Shown here: one piece after another, positions 1 through 8,407 of the stretch | How positions within the stretch are numbered: position 1 is the first letter of the stretch | Layout: the number at the start of each line of letters is the position of its first letter | Source of the DNA: Alphaproteobacteria bacterium | GTDB taxonomy: Bacteria > Pseudomonadota > Alphaproteobacteria > Bin95 | Direction: 5' to 3' | NCBI GenBank assembly: GCA_964291285.2 | Contig: OZ219787.1 | Coordinates: forward strand, 448,001-512,000 | DNA length: 64,000 bases | The notes under the pieces: generated by a model | Told to the model about the DNA's origin: nothing | The model's input: the letters and a program-made list of their open reading frames with translations, nothing else | Databases searched by the model: none | Translations under genes and position numbers: made by a program

Positions 1-3000
1 CAGCAGGACGGCGGCGCGCTTCGAGCGCGCGTTGACCACGAGGCGGGGCTTTCGGTCCGGCCCCGGGTCGCGGCTTCCGATCTCCAGCGCGGCATCGGCC
101 GTGAGCGGCATGAGCCTGTCGCGGCGGACGATCCCGACCAGTTCGGTGGCGGCCCCGGCGCCGGGATGCTCATGGAGCGTCTCCCTGCCGGCGACGGCGA
201 GCGAGTCGGCGGTGACGGTCTCGACCCCCCGCTCGTAGCTGCCGGCCTCGATCGCCTGCTCGATATTGGCGGCGATGCGCTCCTCCAGCGCGGCGAAGAG
301 CCGGTTCTGCTCGGCGATGGGGAGCGCCAGCAGCCGGTTGAGGAACTTCGGCATCGGCGGCAGGTCGTCCTTGAGACTGCCCTCGTGGACGATCCTTAGG
401 CCGGTCGACTCCTGGAACCGTTCCGCGTTCCAGCCCTCGATGGCGCCGCGCCAGAGCGCGCCGTAGAACTGCCTGAGCGCCGCCTTCGCGTAGGCGCTCT
501 CCAGGTTGTCGCTCTCGCGGAACAGCGCGGCGTCGCCCATGGCGGTCTGGCTGTCGCGCTGGCCGCGGGTGATGGCGCCCAGGCTGTCGAGCCGCCGGGC
601 GATGGTGGCGATGAAGCGGCGCTCGCCCTTCACGTCGGTGGTAACGGGCCGGAAGAGCGGCGCGGAGGCCTGGTGCGTCCTGTGGGTGCGTCCGAGCCCC
701 TGGATCGCCTGGTCGGCCCGCCAGCCGGGCTCCAGCAGGTAGTGGATGCGCCGCTCCGTGTTCCCGCAAGCGAGGTCGGCATGGTAGCTGCGCCCGGTGC
801 CGCCGGCCATGGAGAACACCAGGATGCGCTTGCTCCCGTCCATGAAGGCGGCGGTCTCGGCGAGGTTGGCGGAGGCGGGCCGCGAGCGCAGCGAGAGCCG
901 CTCGCCCTTCCCGTCCACAATGCGCAGCACCCGCCGCGACCGGCCGGTGACCTCGGCGACGGCCTCGTGCCCGAAATGCTGCACGATCCGGTCCAGCGCC
1001 GTCGGCACCGGCGGCAGCGCGGCAAGCTTTTCGATCAGGGCGTCGCGCCGCTCCTCGGCCTCCCTGCAGACGATCGTGTTGCCGTCGGCGTCCCTGGCGG
1101 GGCGGCTGAGCAGCTTGCCGCCGTCGTCGGTGAAGGGCTCCTGCAACTGCACCGGGAAGGCGTGCATCAGGCAGGAGAGGATGGCGTCCCGGGGCGTGAG
1201 GTCGATATTGAGGTCGTCCCACTCGGATGCAGGGACCTCGGCGATGCGCCGCTCCATGAGCGCCTCGCCGGTCGAGACCAGCTGGACCACGGCCGAGCGC
1301 CCGGCTTCGAGGTCGGCCTCGATCGCGCGGATCAGGCTCGGACACTTCATGCCGGTGAGCAGATGGCCGAAGAAGCGCTGCTTCGTGCCCTCGAAGGCGC
1401 TCAGCGCTGCCGCTTTTGCGCTCCTGTTGAGCGTGTCCTCGCCCCGGACGATGCCGGTGGCCTTCAGCGCCTCCCCGATATTGTGGTGGATCACCTTGAA
1501 GGCGCCGGCATAGGCATCGTAGATGCGCCGCTGCTCCGGGGTGAGCGAATGTTCGAGGATGTCGACCTCGATCCCGTCATAGGCGAGCGCCCTTGCCTGG
1601 TAGAGGCCGAGGGCCTTCAGGTCGCGTGCGACGACCTCCATCGCGGCGACGCCGCCGGCCTCCATGGCGGAGACGAAGGCGGTGCGGGTCTCGAACGGCG
1701 TCTCGCCGGCGGCCCACAATCCCAGACGCCCCGCATAGGCGAGGCCGGGGAGCGTGGTGGCGCCGGTGGCGGAGACATAGGCGATGCGGGCGTCGGGCAG
1801 CGCGTTCTGCAGGCGCAGGCCGGCCCTTCCCTGCTGCGACGGCTTCGTCTCGCCGCGTCCGCTCTTCGAGCCGGCGGCATTCGCCATGGCGTGGGCCTCG
1901 TCGAAGACGATGACCCCGTCGAAGGCGTGGCGGCCGTCTTCGTCCAACGAGCCGGCGAGCCACTCGACGATCTGCTCCAGCCGCGAGGGCCTGCCCTGGC
2001 GGGAGGGCGAGCGCAGTGTCGCGTAGGTGGCGAACAGGATGCCCTCGTCGAGGGGTATCTCCATGCCCTGGCGGAAGCTGCCGAGCGGGATGACGTCGCT
2101 CTCCAGCCCGCCCAAAGCGGTCCAGTCGCGCCTTGCGTCCTCAAGCAGCTTGTCGGACTGCGACAGCCAGAGGGCGCGCTTCCGGCCCCTCAGCCGGTTG
2201 TCGAGGATGATGGCGGCGACCTGGCGTCCCTTGCCGCAGCCGGTGCCGTCGCCCAGCATCCAGCCCCGGCGGAAACGCACCGGTTCCGACAGGGTCTCGT
2301 CCCCGGATCCGGTCCGGGGCAGGCTGTCCCGGGTAGCCGGAGACGCGCCGGGTTCTTCAACTTCGCCGTCCTGCGGGCAGCGGTGGACGGTCTCCCAGCC
2401 GGAGCCGATGCGGTATTGCGCGGCGAGATGGCGGGAATGGGCCTCGCCCGCCAGCACGACGCTCTCGAGCTGGGCGTCGGACAGCAGGCCCTCGGTCACC
2501 ACGCGCTCCGGCAGCATGGGCCGGTATGCCGGCGCCGGATGGGGCACGGCGGCCATGGCGGCGGACTGCACCAGCGGCGTCGGATGCTCGACCGCCCCCG
2601 GCACCCGCACCGCGCCCGGCCGCCAGGGCGCCCAGGGGCCGGTGTCGGCGGCCGAGCCGGCGTCGGTATCGGAGGGTTCGACCGGGCCGGTCTCGACGGC
2701 CAGTTCCGTAACCGGCCCCCGGTCGTGGGCCTGCCGGTCCTCGGGCGTCGATGCGGACTTCGGACCCCGCAGCTTCGCGGGCGCCACCGCCTTGCCGAAC
2801 AGGTCGCGCGCGGGTCCGGCGGGAACGGATGCGATGGGCTGGCGCTTCGGCACGCGCGCGATGACGGCATCGAGCAGTTCGGCAGCGTTCGCGGCGCGGG
2901 CGGTCGTGTCCAGCTCGACTTCAGGTCCGGCGCCGCGCTCCAGCACGGTGAGGCGGGTGTCGAAGCCGGTGCCGCGCCTGGCATAGGCCCGCCCGTCGAT

Positions 3001-3870
3001 CGCCATGGTGAAGAGGCAGCGGGCGTCGTCGAGCGAGCCGAAGGCATCGCGCCATGCGGTGCCGCCGGGCGCGCAATGGGCCGAGGTGACCGCGACCAGC
3101 CGCCCGCCCGGCGGCAGCATCGAGGCGGCCGAGCGGACATGGCGCAGATCGGCGCCGCGGGCGGTGCGGTCGACGCCGGGCGTCGCCGAGAAGGGCGGGT
3201 TCATCAGCACCACGGTCGGCCGGACGTCGCGCAGCCGGTCCGCGATCGCCTCGGCGTCGAACGCGGTGACGGCGACCCCGGGGAAGAGCCGCGTCAGCAA
3301 CCGCGACCGCGTGGGCGCGTATTCGTTGAGATGGAGCGCGCCTGCCGCCCGGTCGCCCAGCGCGCACTGCGCCATGACGGCCAGCATGCCGGTGCCGGCC
3401 GACGGCTCCAGCACGGTATCGCCCGGCCGGATGGCGGCGGTCTGGAGGGCGGCATAGGCGAGCGGCAGCGGGGTCGAGAACTGCTGGAGGCGGACCTGCT
3501 CCTCCGAGCGCCTGGTGTGGGAGGGCTCCAGCGCGGCGACGGCCTCCAGCATCGCTAGCATGCGGCGCGGTCCGCCCGCATTGCGGCGCATGGCCCGGGC
3601 GTAGCGCTGCATGAAGATCACCACGGCCGCCTCGGCGGCTTCATAGGCGTCCTTCCAGACCCAGCCGCCCCCGGCGTCGGTGGCGCCGAAGGCCTTTGTC
3701 ATGGCGTCGCGCAGCGTCGCGGCATCGAGCGGCCGTCCGGCCTCCAGCACCGGAAGCAGGGTTCGGGCGGCGGCGAAGAGCGCATCGCCCTGGACCGGGC
3801 GGGCCGGCGGGTTGGTGGCGAGCGCGGGAAGAAGAGGACGCGCGTCCCGCGCCGTGGGGGCGTCGAGCAT
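1..3870 (-). CDS. Strawberry-notch-type fused N6-adenine methyltransferase / SF2 helicase (partial, runs off left edge, >1290 aa)
   Basis: Not in the ORF track because there is no stop in the window. Hand translation from ATG 3870 (GGAG RBS) gives, all in one frame, VLEPSAGTGML (SAM binding), MNPPF (3204), MLGDGTGCGKGRQ (Walker A, 2259) and VFDEAHAMAN (Walker B, ~1890). Confidence 0.9.
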   Translation of the reverse strand, partial: MLDAPTARDARPLLPALATNPPARPVQGDALFAAARTLLPVLEAGRPLDAATLRDAMTKAFGATDAGGGWVWKDAYEAAEAAVVIFMQRYARAMRRNAGGPRRMLAMLEAVAALEPSHTRRSEEQVRLQQFSTPLPLAYAALQTAAIRPGDTVLEPSAGTGMLAVMAQCALGDRAAGALHLNEYAPTRSRLLTRLFPGVAVTAFDAEAIADRLRDVRPTVVLMNPPFSATPGVDRTARGADLRHVRSAASMLPPGGRLVAVTSAHCAPGGTAWRDAFGSLDDARCLFTMAIDGRAYARRGTGFDTRLTVLERGAGPEVELDTTARAANAAELLDAVIARVPKRQPIASVPAGPARDLFGKAVAPAKLRGPKSASTPEDRQAHDRGPVTELAVETGPVEPSDTDAGSAADTGPWAPWRPGAVRVPGAVEHPTPLVQSAAMAAVPHPAPAYRPMLPERVVTEGLLSDAQLESVVLAGEAHSRHLAAQYRIGSGWETVHRCPQDGEVEEPGASPATRDSLPRTGSGDETLSEPVRFRRGWMLGDGTGCGKGRQVAAIILDNRLRGRKRALWLSQSDKLLEDARRDWTALGGLESDVIPLGSFRQGMEIPLDEGILFATYATLRSPSRQGRPSRLEQIVEWLAGSLDEDGRHAFDGVIVFDEAHAMANAAGSKSGRGETKPSQQGRAGLRLQNALPDARIAYVSATGATTLPGLAYAGRLGLWAAGETPFETRTAFVSAMEAGGVAAMEVVARDLKALGLYQARALAYDGIEVDILEHSLTPEQRRIYDAYAGAFKVIHHNIGEALKATGIVRGEDTLNRSAKAAALSAFEGTKQRFFGHLLTGMKCPSLIRAIEADLEAGRSAVVQLVSTGEALMERRIAEVPASEWDDLNIDLTPRDAILSCLMHAFPVQLQEPFTDDGGKLLSRPARDADGNTIVCREAEERRDALIEKLAALPPVPTALDRIVQHFGHEAVAEVTGRSRRVLRIVDGKGERLSLRSRPASANLAETAAFMDGSKRILVFSMAGGTGRSYHADLACGNTERRIHYLLEPGWRADQAIQGLGRTHRTHQASAPLFRPVTTDVKGERRFIATIARRLDSLGAITRGQRDSQTAMGDAALFRESDNLESAYAKAALRQFYGALWRGAIEGWNAERFQESTGLRIVHEGSLKDDLPPMPKFLNRLLALPIAEQNRLFAALEERIAANIEQAIEAGSYERGVETVTADSLAVAGRETLHEHPGAGAATELVGIVRRDRLMPLTADAALEIGSRDPGPDRKPRLVVNARSKRAAVLL

Positions 3871-4208
3871 GGACAGGCTCCGTTCTGGAAGGGCGTGACG
3901 GCGGCCGGCGGCGCAAGTCCTCCCGCGCCGCCCGCCGGACCGCCCTCGGACGGCTGACCGGACTCCCGCCGGCGGGACGCACGAAGACGCGAAGATGGAG
4001 GGAATTGGCCGGAACAGCGGACGGTCCGCCCGGGCCGTGTCAGTGGGGCTGCGGAGGGCGCTCAGGCATGAAGACGGATAAGTACGGCCGCGGCAAAATC
4101 GGCCGCAGCGTTGCCGATAGCAGCCGGAATTCTCGAATCGTAGTCAGGCGATGATTGAGCCGATGAACGAAAGATGGAGCCGGCGCCGTTCAGGGCGGGC
4201 GGACCGGA

Positions 4209-4835
4209 TCAGCCGAACCGTTTGCCATCCCCGGTAAAGGTGAAGGAGTTCACGGCGAGGGCCTCGTCGCCGGCCGGGTCGGAGATCTCGGCCTCTCAGG
4301 CGTCGCGCAACTGCCTGTAGAGCCAGCGGGCCAGGTCGCGGAGGGCGACGGTATCGCCGGCACCCGCCGCGATCGGCTGCCGGGCTGTCGCGCTCGACGC
4401 GGATTTCCATGCTGTTTGCGTGGAAATGACGGCCGACACGGCGGAAAGTTGTGTGCAGGGAATGGAAGTTGCGGTGCAGGGCGTCCTGGAGGGCGTCGAC
4501 GATGCCGTGGAGTTCGGTGTCCTCGGGCGCGTGGGCGCGGACGGCCTTCGCGGCGCCGCGGGCATGGCTGTACCGGCCCTCGAACGAGGCGCCGTCTTCC
4601 TGGCTGCCGAACCCGCTGAACCATATGTTCGACCGTTCCCGGGTTCCGCCGCCATGGAGGTGCACGGCATGGGTGTCGAGCGTGATGCCGACGATCCGGC
4701 AGACGGTCTCGAAGTCGTCGAGGACATGGTCGTACCATTCGTCGAAGAGGCCCTCGTCGCGATACCGGGCGCGGGCCCTCTCCTTCGCTGCGTCCGAAAG
4801 CTCGTCGATCGTGCAGATCGTGATCTCGATGACCT
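4209..4835 (-). pseudogene. Degraded conserved ICE protein (family often auto-annotated 'antitoxin of toxin-antitoxin stability system')
   Basis: VIEITICTIDELSDAAKERAR...IWFSGFGSQEDGASFEG...ERDSP, then a frameshift near 4385 to ALRDLARWLYRQLRDA*, then in frame NSFTFTGDGKRFG*. No ATG after the AGGAG RBS. Family name is from recall. Confidence 0.65.
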
Positions 4836-4837
4836 GG

Positions 4838-5356
4838 TCAGCTCTCCTGCGGACGGGCGTTGCGGGGGATGCCGGTGACGCGCACGAACCTGACCGCCTC
4901 CCGGACGCGGCGGAGCGCGACGCGGTCGTGGTCGGCGCGGGACCAGCGGGCGGGCCGGCGCGAGAACCAGGCAGAATCCGCGACGAAGCCGTCCGCACAG
5001 GCCACGAAGTGGCGGCTCGCGGAGATCGCCCAGGTTCCGGCGGGCGCGGCGTCGAGGAACGCGCCCAGCGTGATTGCGCGCTCGTCGAAGGGGACGCCGG
5101 CGAAGAGACGCTCCCATTCCTGCTCGCGCCGGGCGAAACGGCGGTTCCGGTATTTCGGATGGCGGAGCGCGTAGTCCGGCGCCCAGCCGAACGTTTCGAG
5201 CGCGGCGGCGAGTTCGTCGATGAAGACGCCGTTCACCGAGGGCCGGTCGAACAGGCGGCGGATGACGGCGGCGGCCTCGTGGGTCGGCACGCCGGCGATC
5301 GCGGAAATCGCGGACGGGCCGCACTTCGTGGCGCGGCCGGTGATCCGGTGGAGCAT
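4838..5356 (-). CDS. Hypothetical protein, possible papain/C39-like peptidase fold (172 aa)
   Basis: ATG preceded by GGAG. KCGPSAISAI ... WAISASRHFVAC ... VAD gives a Cys-His-Asp order typical of minimal papain-like domains. Confidence 0.6.
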   Translation of the reverse strand: MLHRITGRATKCGPSAISAIAGVPTHEAAAVIRRLFDRPSVNGVFIDELAAALETFGWAPDYALRHPKYRNRRFARREQEWERLFAGVPFDERAITLGAFLDAAPAGTWAISASRHFVACADGFVADSAWFSRRPARWSRADHDRVALRRVREAVRFVRVTGIPRNARPQES

Positions 5357-5440
5357 GGCGGTCTCCGGGCTGGGTGGCGGGGGATCGGCCCGACGCGGCC
5401 GGGGGCGCACCGGGGAGGCCCGTCGGTTCGCCGGGTCCTT

Positions 5441-6181
5441 TCAGAGCAACCCCCTCTCGTGGAAGCTCACGGAGCCGGTCGGTGTGACGATCAGATGGTC
5501 GAGCAGCGTGACCTCGATGGTCTTCAGCGCGTCGCGGAGGCGGTCGGTCATGGCGATGTCGGCGCGGGACGGTTCGGGCGAACCGCCCGGGTGGTTGTGG
5601 ACCGCGATGACCGCGCTGGCCTGAAGCTCCAGGCAGCGGATGCAGACCTCCCGGGGATAGACCGGCGTGTGGCAGACGGAGCCTTTCTGGTGGCACTCGT
5701 CGGCGAGGAGTGCATTTTTCCAGTTGAGGTAGAGCACATGGAATTGCTCGACCTCGCGGTGGCCCGCCAGCGTGCGGCAATATTCGATCACCCTGTCGTA
5801 GCCGGCGAGGGACGGGCGCAGGGTGTCGGGCATTTCGGCCCGCGCCATGCGGATGGCGAGCGCTTCGGCGGCCTTGAGGGCGGCGATGGCGTCTTCCGGC
5901 AGGCCCGGCACGGTGCGCAGGCGGTCCGGGCGGGCGGCGAGCGCGCGCGGTGCCGTGCCGAAGGTGTCCAGCAATGCGCGGGCAAGCGCCCCGGCATCGT
6001 CCACCGCCGGGCGCCCGGAGAGCAGCAGTTCGAGCAGGTCGCGGTCGTCGACCGCCTCGCGCCCGGCGCGGAGGAAACGGCGCTGGAGCCGGCGGCGGTC
6101 CACGGCCTTCCGGACCGATGCCGGCGCTGCGGGCATGTCGTGGAGCGGCATTTCGTCGAGAGCTGGCGAGGAATCGGGCAT
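5441..6181 (-). CDS. radC: RadC family JAB-domain protein
   Basis: HhH-like N-terminus, EVEQFHVLYLN, VYPREV and intact HNHPGGSPEPSRAD motif. Confidence 0.93.
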   Translation of the reverse strand: MPDSSPALDEMPLHDMPAAPASVRKAVDRRRLQRRFLRAGREAVDDRDLLELLLSGRPAVDDAGALARALLDTFGTAPRALAARPDRLRTVPGLPEDAIAALKAAEALAIRMARAEMPDTLRPSLAGYDRVIEYCRTLAGHREVEQFHVLYLNWKNALLADECHQKGSVCHTPVYPREVCIRCLELQASAVIAVHNHPGGSPEPSRADIAMTDRLRDALKTIEVTLLDHLIVTPTGSVSFHERGLL

Positions 6182-6286
6182 GGCGGCGTCCTCCGCGGGT
6201 TTGAAGGCAAACGCCCCGGCTGCGGCAAGCGGGAACGGGGCCGATGGCGGAACGGGGCAGCGTCGGGGCGAACGGATCTCGGGCGG

Positions 6287-6476
6287 ATCGGCGGGCCGGA
6301 ACTTCCGGGTCCGGGCCGAGTTCGACCCTGCCGTCGATGACGGCGATGGTGACCGTGCGGTCCGGCGGCATCAGCAGGTCGATCCACACGGCGTCGGCGA
6401 CGGCGCGCTTACGCGCCTCGTCGCCGGGGCTCTGCGGAGCGGTCGCTTCGGAGGCGGGCATGGCGGCGAGCGTCAT
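6287..6476 (-). pseudogene. Short ORF or remnant paralogous to the C-terminus of the upstream GHKL ATPase
   Basis: GGGAG RBS + ATG 6476. DEARKRAVADAVWIDLLMPPDRTVTIAV resembles DDACRASIAEAVRRELMWLAPRNRAVDIRI. There is no in-frame stop where one is expected (CGA at ~6288). Confidence 0.45.
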
Positions 6477-6556
6477 GGTTGAGGGTCTCCCTCGATGGCG
6501 AGCCGTCCCGGCGCACGGCGGCGTCGGGACGGATTTCGGGGGAGCGCGGCGGCCGG

Positions 6557-8299
6557 TCAGGCGCCGTCCGCCGCGCTTCCGTCGCCGAGGGTCACGGTGA
6601 CGTCGGGCCGGCGGATGCGGATGTCGACGGCGCGGTTGCGGGGCGCAAGCCACATCAGCTCGCGCCGCACCGCCTCGGCGATGGACGCCCGGCAGGCATC
6701 GTCGTCGGACAGCAGCAGGCGGGTCGCCAGGTGCAGCGCGTCCTCCTCGAAACGGGCGCGCTGGGTCTCCCAGCTGTCGGCGTCGGCATCGTCGGAGGGC
6801 GAGAAGAACCCCGCCATGAGCAGCGCGGCGAGCTCGTGCGGCTGAAGTGGGCTGTCTTCGGTGACCAGCGGCATGGCCTCGTCGATCCGGGACCAGGCCT
6901 CGCCGGCGAACGCCATGTCGGCCGGCAGGTCGAGGGTGCGTTCCGGCCCCGACGCCGGGCGGACGGCGAGCGCGATGCGGATGGCGGCGGGGCGGGCCGG
7001 CAGCGGCGCGGCGCGAGACGGCCCGGGCAGCGGATACTCCGCGAGCGTTGTCCAGTCGTCCCCGGCGGCAACCCGGACGGCTATATCCGTCACCCGGTCG
7101 AGCGCGTCGTACCAGGCGTAGCCCTCCAGCCGCCGGTCGGCCTCGAAGAGCCGCGGCGCGATGCCGGCGCGTTCGGCGGCGCGCCACAGCGCCTGCGCCT
7201 CCGGCGGTTCCGGGTCGCGGTCCATGACCAGGGCGTCATGGCCGGCATCGGCCGGCTTGCCCGGTTCGCGCCAGTCGTTGCAGTCGGCGATCATGGGCCG
7301 CCAGGGCCGCAGGGTGGCCGGCGGCGGCGCGATGGCGATGCCGGCCTTGCGCGCCCGCGTCCAGTCCCCGAAGGCCGGGCGCGGCGAGGGGTCGGCCGCC
7401 ATGGCGCGCCAGACCGCCAGCCGCGCGGCCTCGCGCATCTCCCCGGGAAAGGCGTTCTCGACCGCTTCCTTGCGGGCCGGCAGGACCAGTTCCAGGTCCG
7501 GGCAGTCTTCCAGATCCGCCAATACGGTCCAGGTCGCGCCGTGGACGGTCTCGACCGTGGGCAGGCGGAGCGCCAGGGTGAGGCCGAAGACATTGAGGTC
7601 GGGGTCGTTGTAGCCGCTGCGGCGGTCCTTGAAGACCCCGAAGACGAGGCCGCGCCAGGGCTCGACATGGACCGCGCCGTCGAGGAAGCCGCGGCGCGGC
7701 AGCTCTTCGGCAGTTGCGGCCCCGCCGTCCTCGAAGATGACCGGAAGCGGGTAGTGGCGGGCGGCATTCCCGGCCGCGTTGCGGATGGCCAGGGCGGCCT
7801 CGGTGGCCTCGAACGAGACTGCCGTCCCGCAGGGATACGGGGCCTCGTTATCGCCCTGCACCCCGGCGTCGGCCTCCCCGAGGAAATGCGCCGGTTGCAG
7901 CGCGACGCGCCAGCCGGGCGCCATCTGCCCGTCCGGCGAGCGGGGCCTGGACGAGACGGCGCAGTTGCGGCGCGCGAGGCTGGCGAAGCCGAAGCCGGCG
8001 GCGTCCTCGCGGCGGACCAGCGCGTCGTCCCAGCCGTTCTCGCCGAAGCTCAGCAGCACGGCGGGGTCGGCGATGCCTGAGCCGTCGTCGGAAACGGTGA
8101 CGGTGAGCGGCGTCTCGCCCGCAATGGCGGCGGTTTCGTGCGCCCGGGCGGCGGCAACCGAGATGCGCACCCGTGTGGCGCCGGCGCGGCGGCTGTTCTG
8201 CAGGGTCTCGGCGAAGATGTCGGCCAGGGTTGCGGCGTAGATGCGGGTGACCCGCTTCACGGCGGTTTCGTGGATGCGGGCGCGGATCGTCCGGTTCAT
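6557..8299 (-). CDS. GHKL (HATPase_c) ATP-binding protein, 580 aa
   Basis: Bergerat motifs ETLQNSRRAGA, VSDDGSGI, AAGFGFASL and GTAVSF. GGAGG RBS before ATG 8299. Confidence 0.85.
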   Translation of the reverse strand: MNRTIRARIHETAVKRVTRIYAATLADIFAETLQNSRRAGATRVRISVAAARAHETAAIAGETPLTVTVSDDGSGIADPAVLLSFGENGWDDALVRREDAAGFGFASLARRNCAVSSRPRSPDGQMAPGWRVALQPAHFLGEADAGVQGDNEAPYPCGTAVSFEATEAALAIRNAAGNAARHYPLPVIFEDGGAATAEELPRRGFLDGAVHVEPWRGLVFGVFKDRRSGYNDPDLNVFGLTLALRLPTVETVHGATWTVLADLEDCPDLELVLPARKEAVENAFPGEMREAARLAVWRAMAADPSPRPAFGDWTRARKAGIAIAPPPATLRPWRPMIADCNDWREPGKPADAGHDALVMDRDPEPPEAQALWRAAERAGIAPRLFEADRRLEGYAWYDALDRVTDIAVRVAAGDDWTTLAEYPLPGPSRAAPLPARPAAIRIALAVRPASGPERTLDLPADMAFAGEAWSRIDEAMPLVTEDSPLQPHELAALLMAGFFSPSDDADADSWETQRARFEEDALHLATRLLLSDDDACRASIAEAVRRELMWLAPRNRAVDIRIRRPDVTVTLGDGSAADGA

Positions 8300-8330
8300 G
8301 GACGGACCTCCATGGATTGCTGAAACGGAA

Positions 8331-8387
8331 ACGCCCCGCCGGCGCTGCCCGGGGCCTGAAGCCCGGAGCAATGCGCCGGCGGGGCGT
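8331..8387 (-). terminator. Long hairpin between the ParB and GHKL genes
   Basis: ACGCCCCGCCGGCGC (8331-8345) pairs with GCGCCGGCGGGGCGT (8373-8387), with an inner CCGGG/CCCGG stem. Followed on the minus strand by TTCCGTTTC. Confidence 0.55.
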
Positions 8388-8407
8388 CTTGCGGGGTCTG
8401 CGGTCGC

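Noticed and set aside
673-3558. 961-aa plus-strand ORF (also 8447-11230, 48800-51718, 4296-7187, 35904-37811 and similar)
   Set aside because: Antisense or off-frame shadows of motif-bearing genes. Long stop-free frames are expected at ~70% GC, and the translations have no motifs.
3871-4208. Weak shared motif ACGAAG...TGGAGGG with the 10800-11120 spacer, as possible ssDNA (Frpo-like) promoters
   Set aside because: The similarity is short and no recognisable -35/-10 boxes were found; it cannot be supported by eye.
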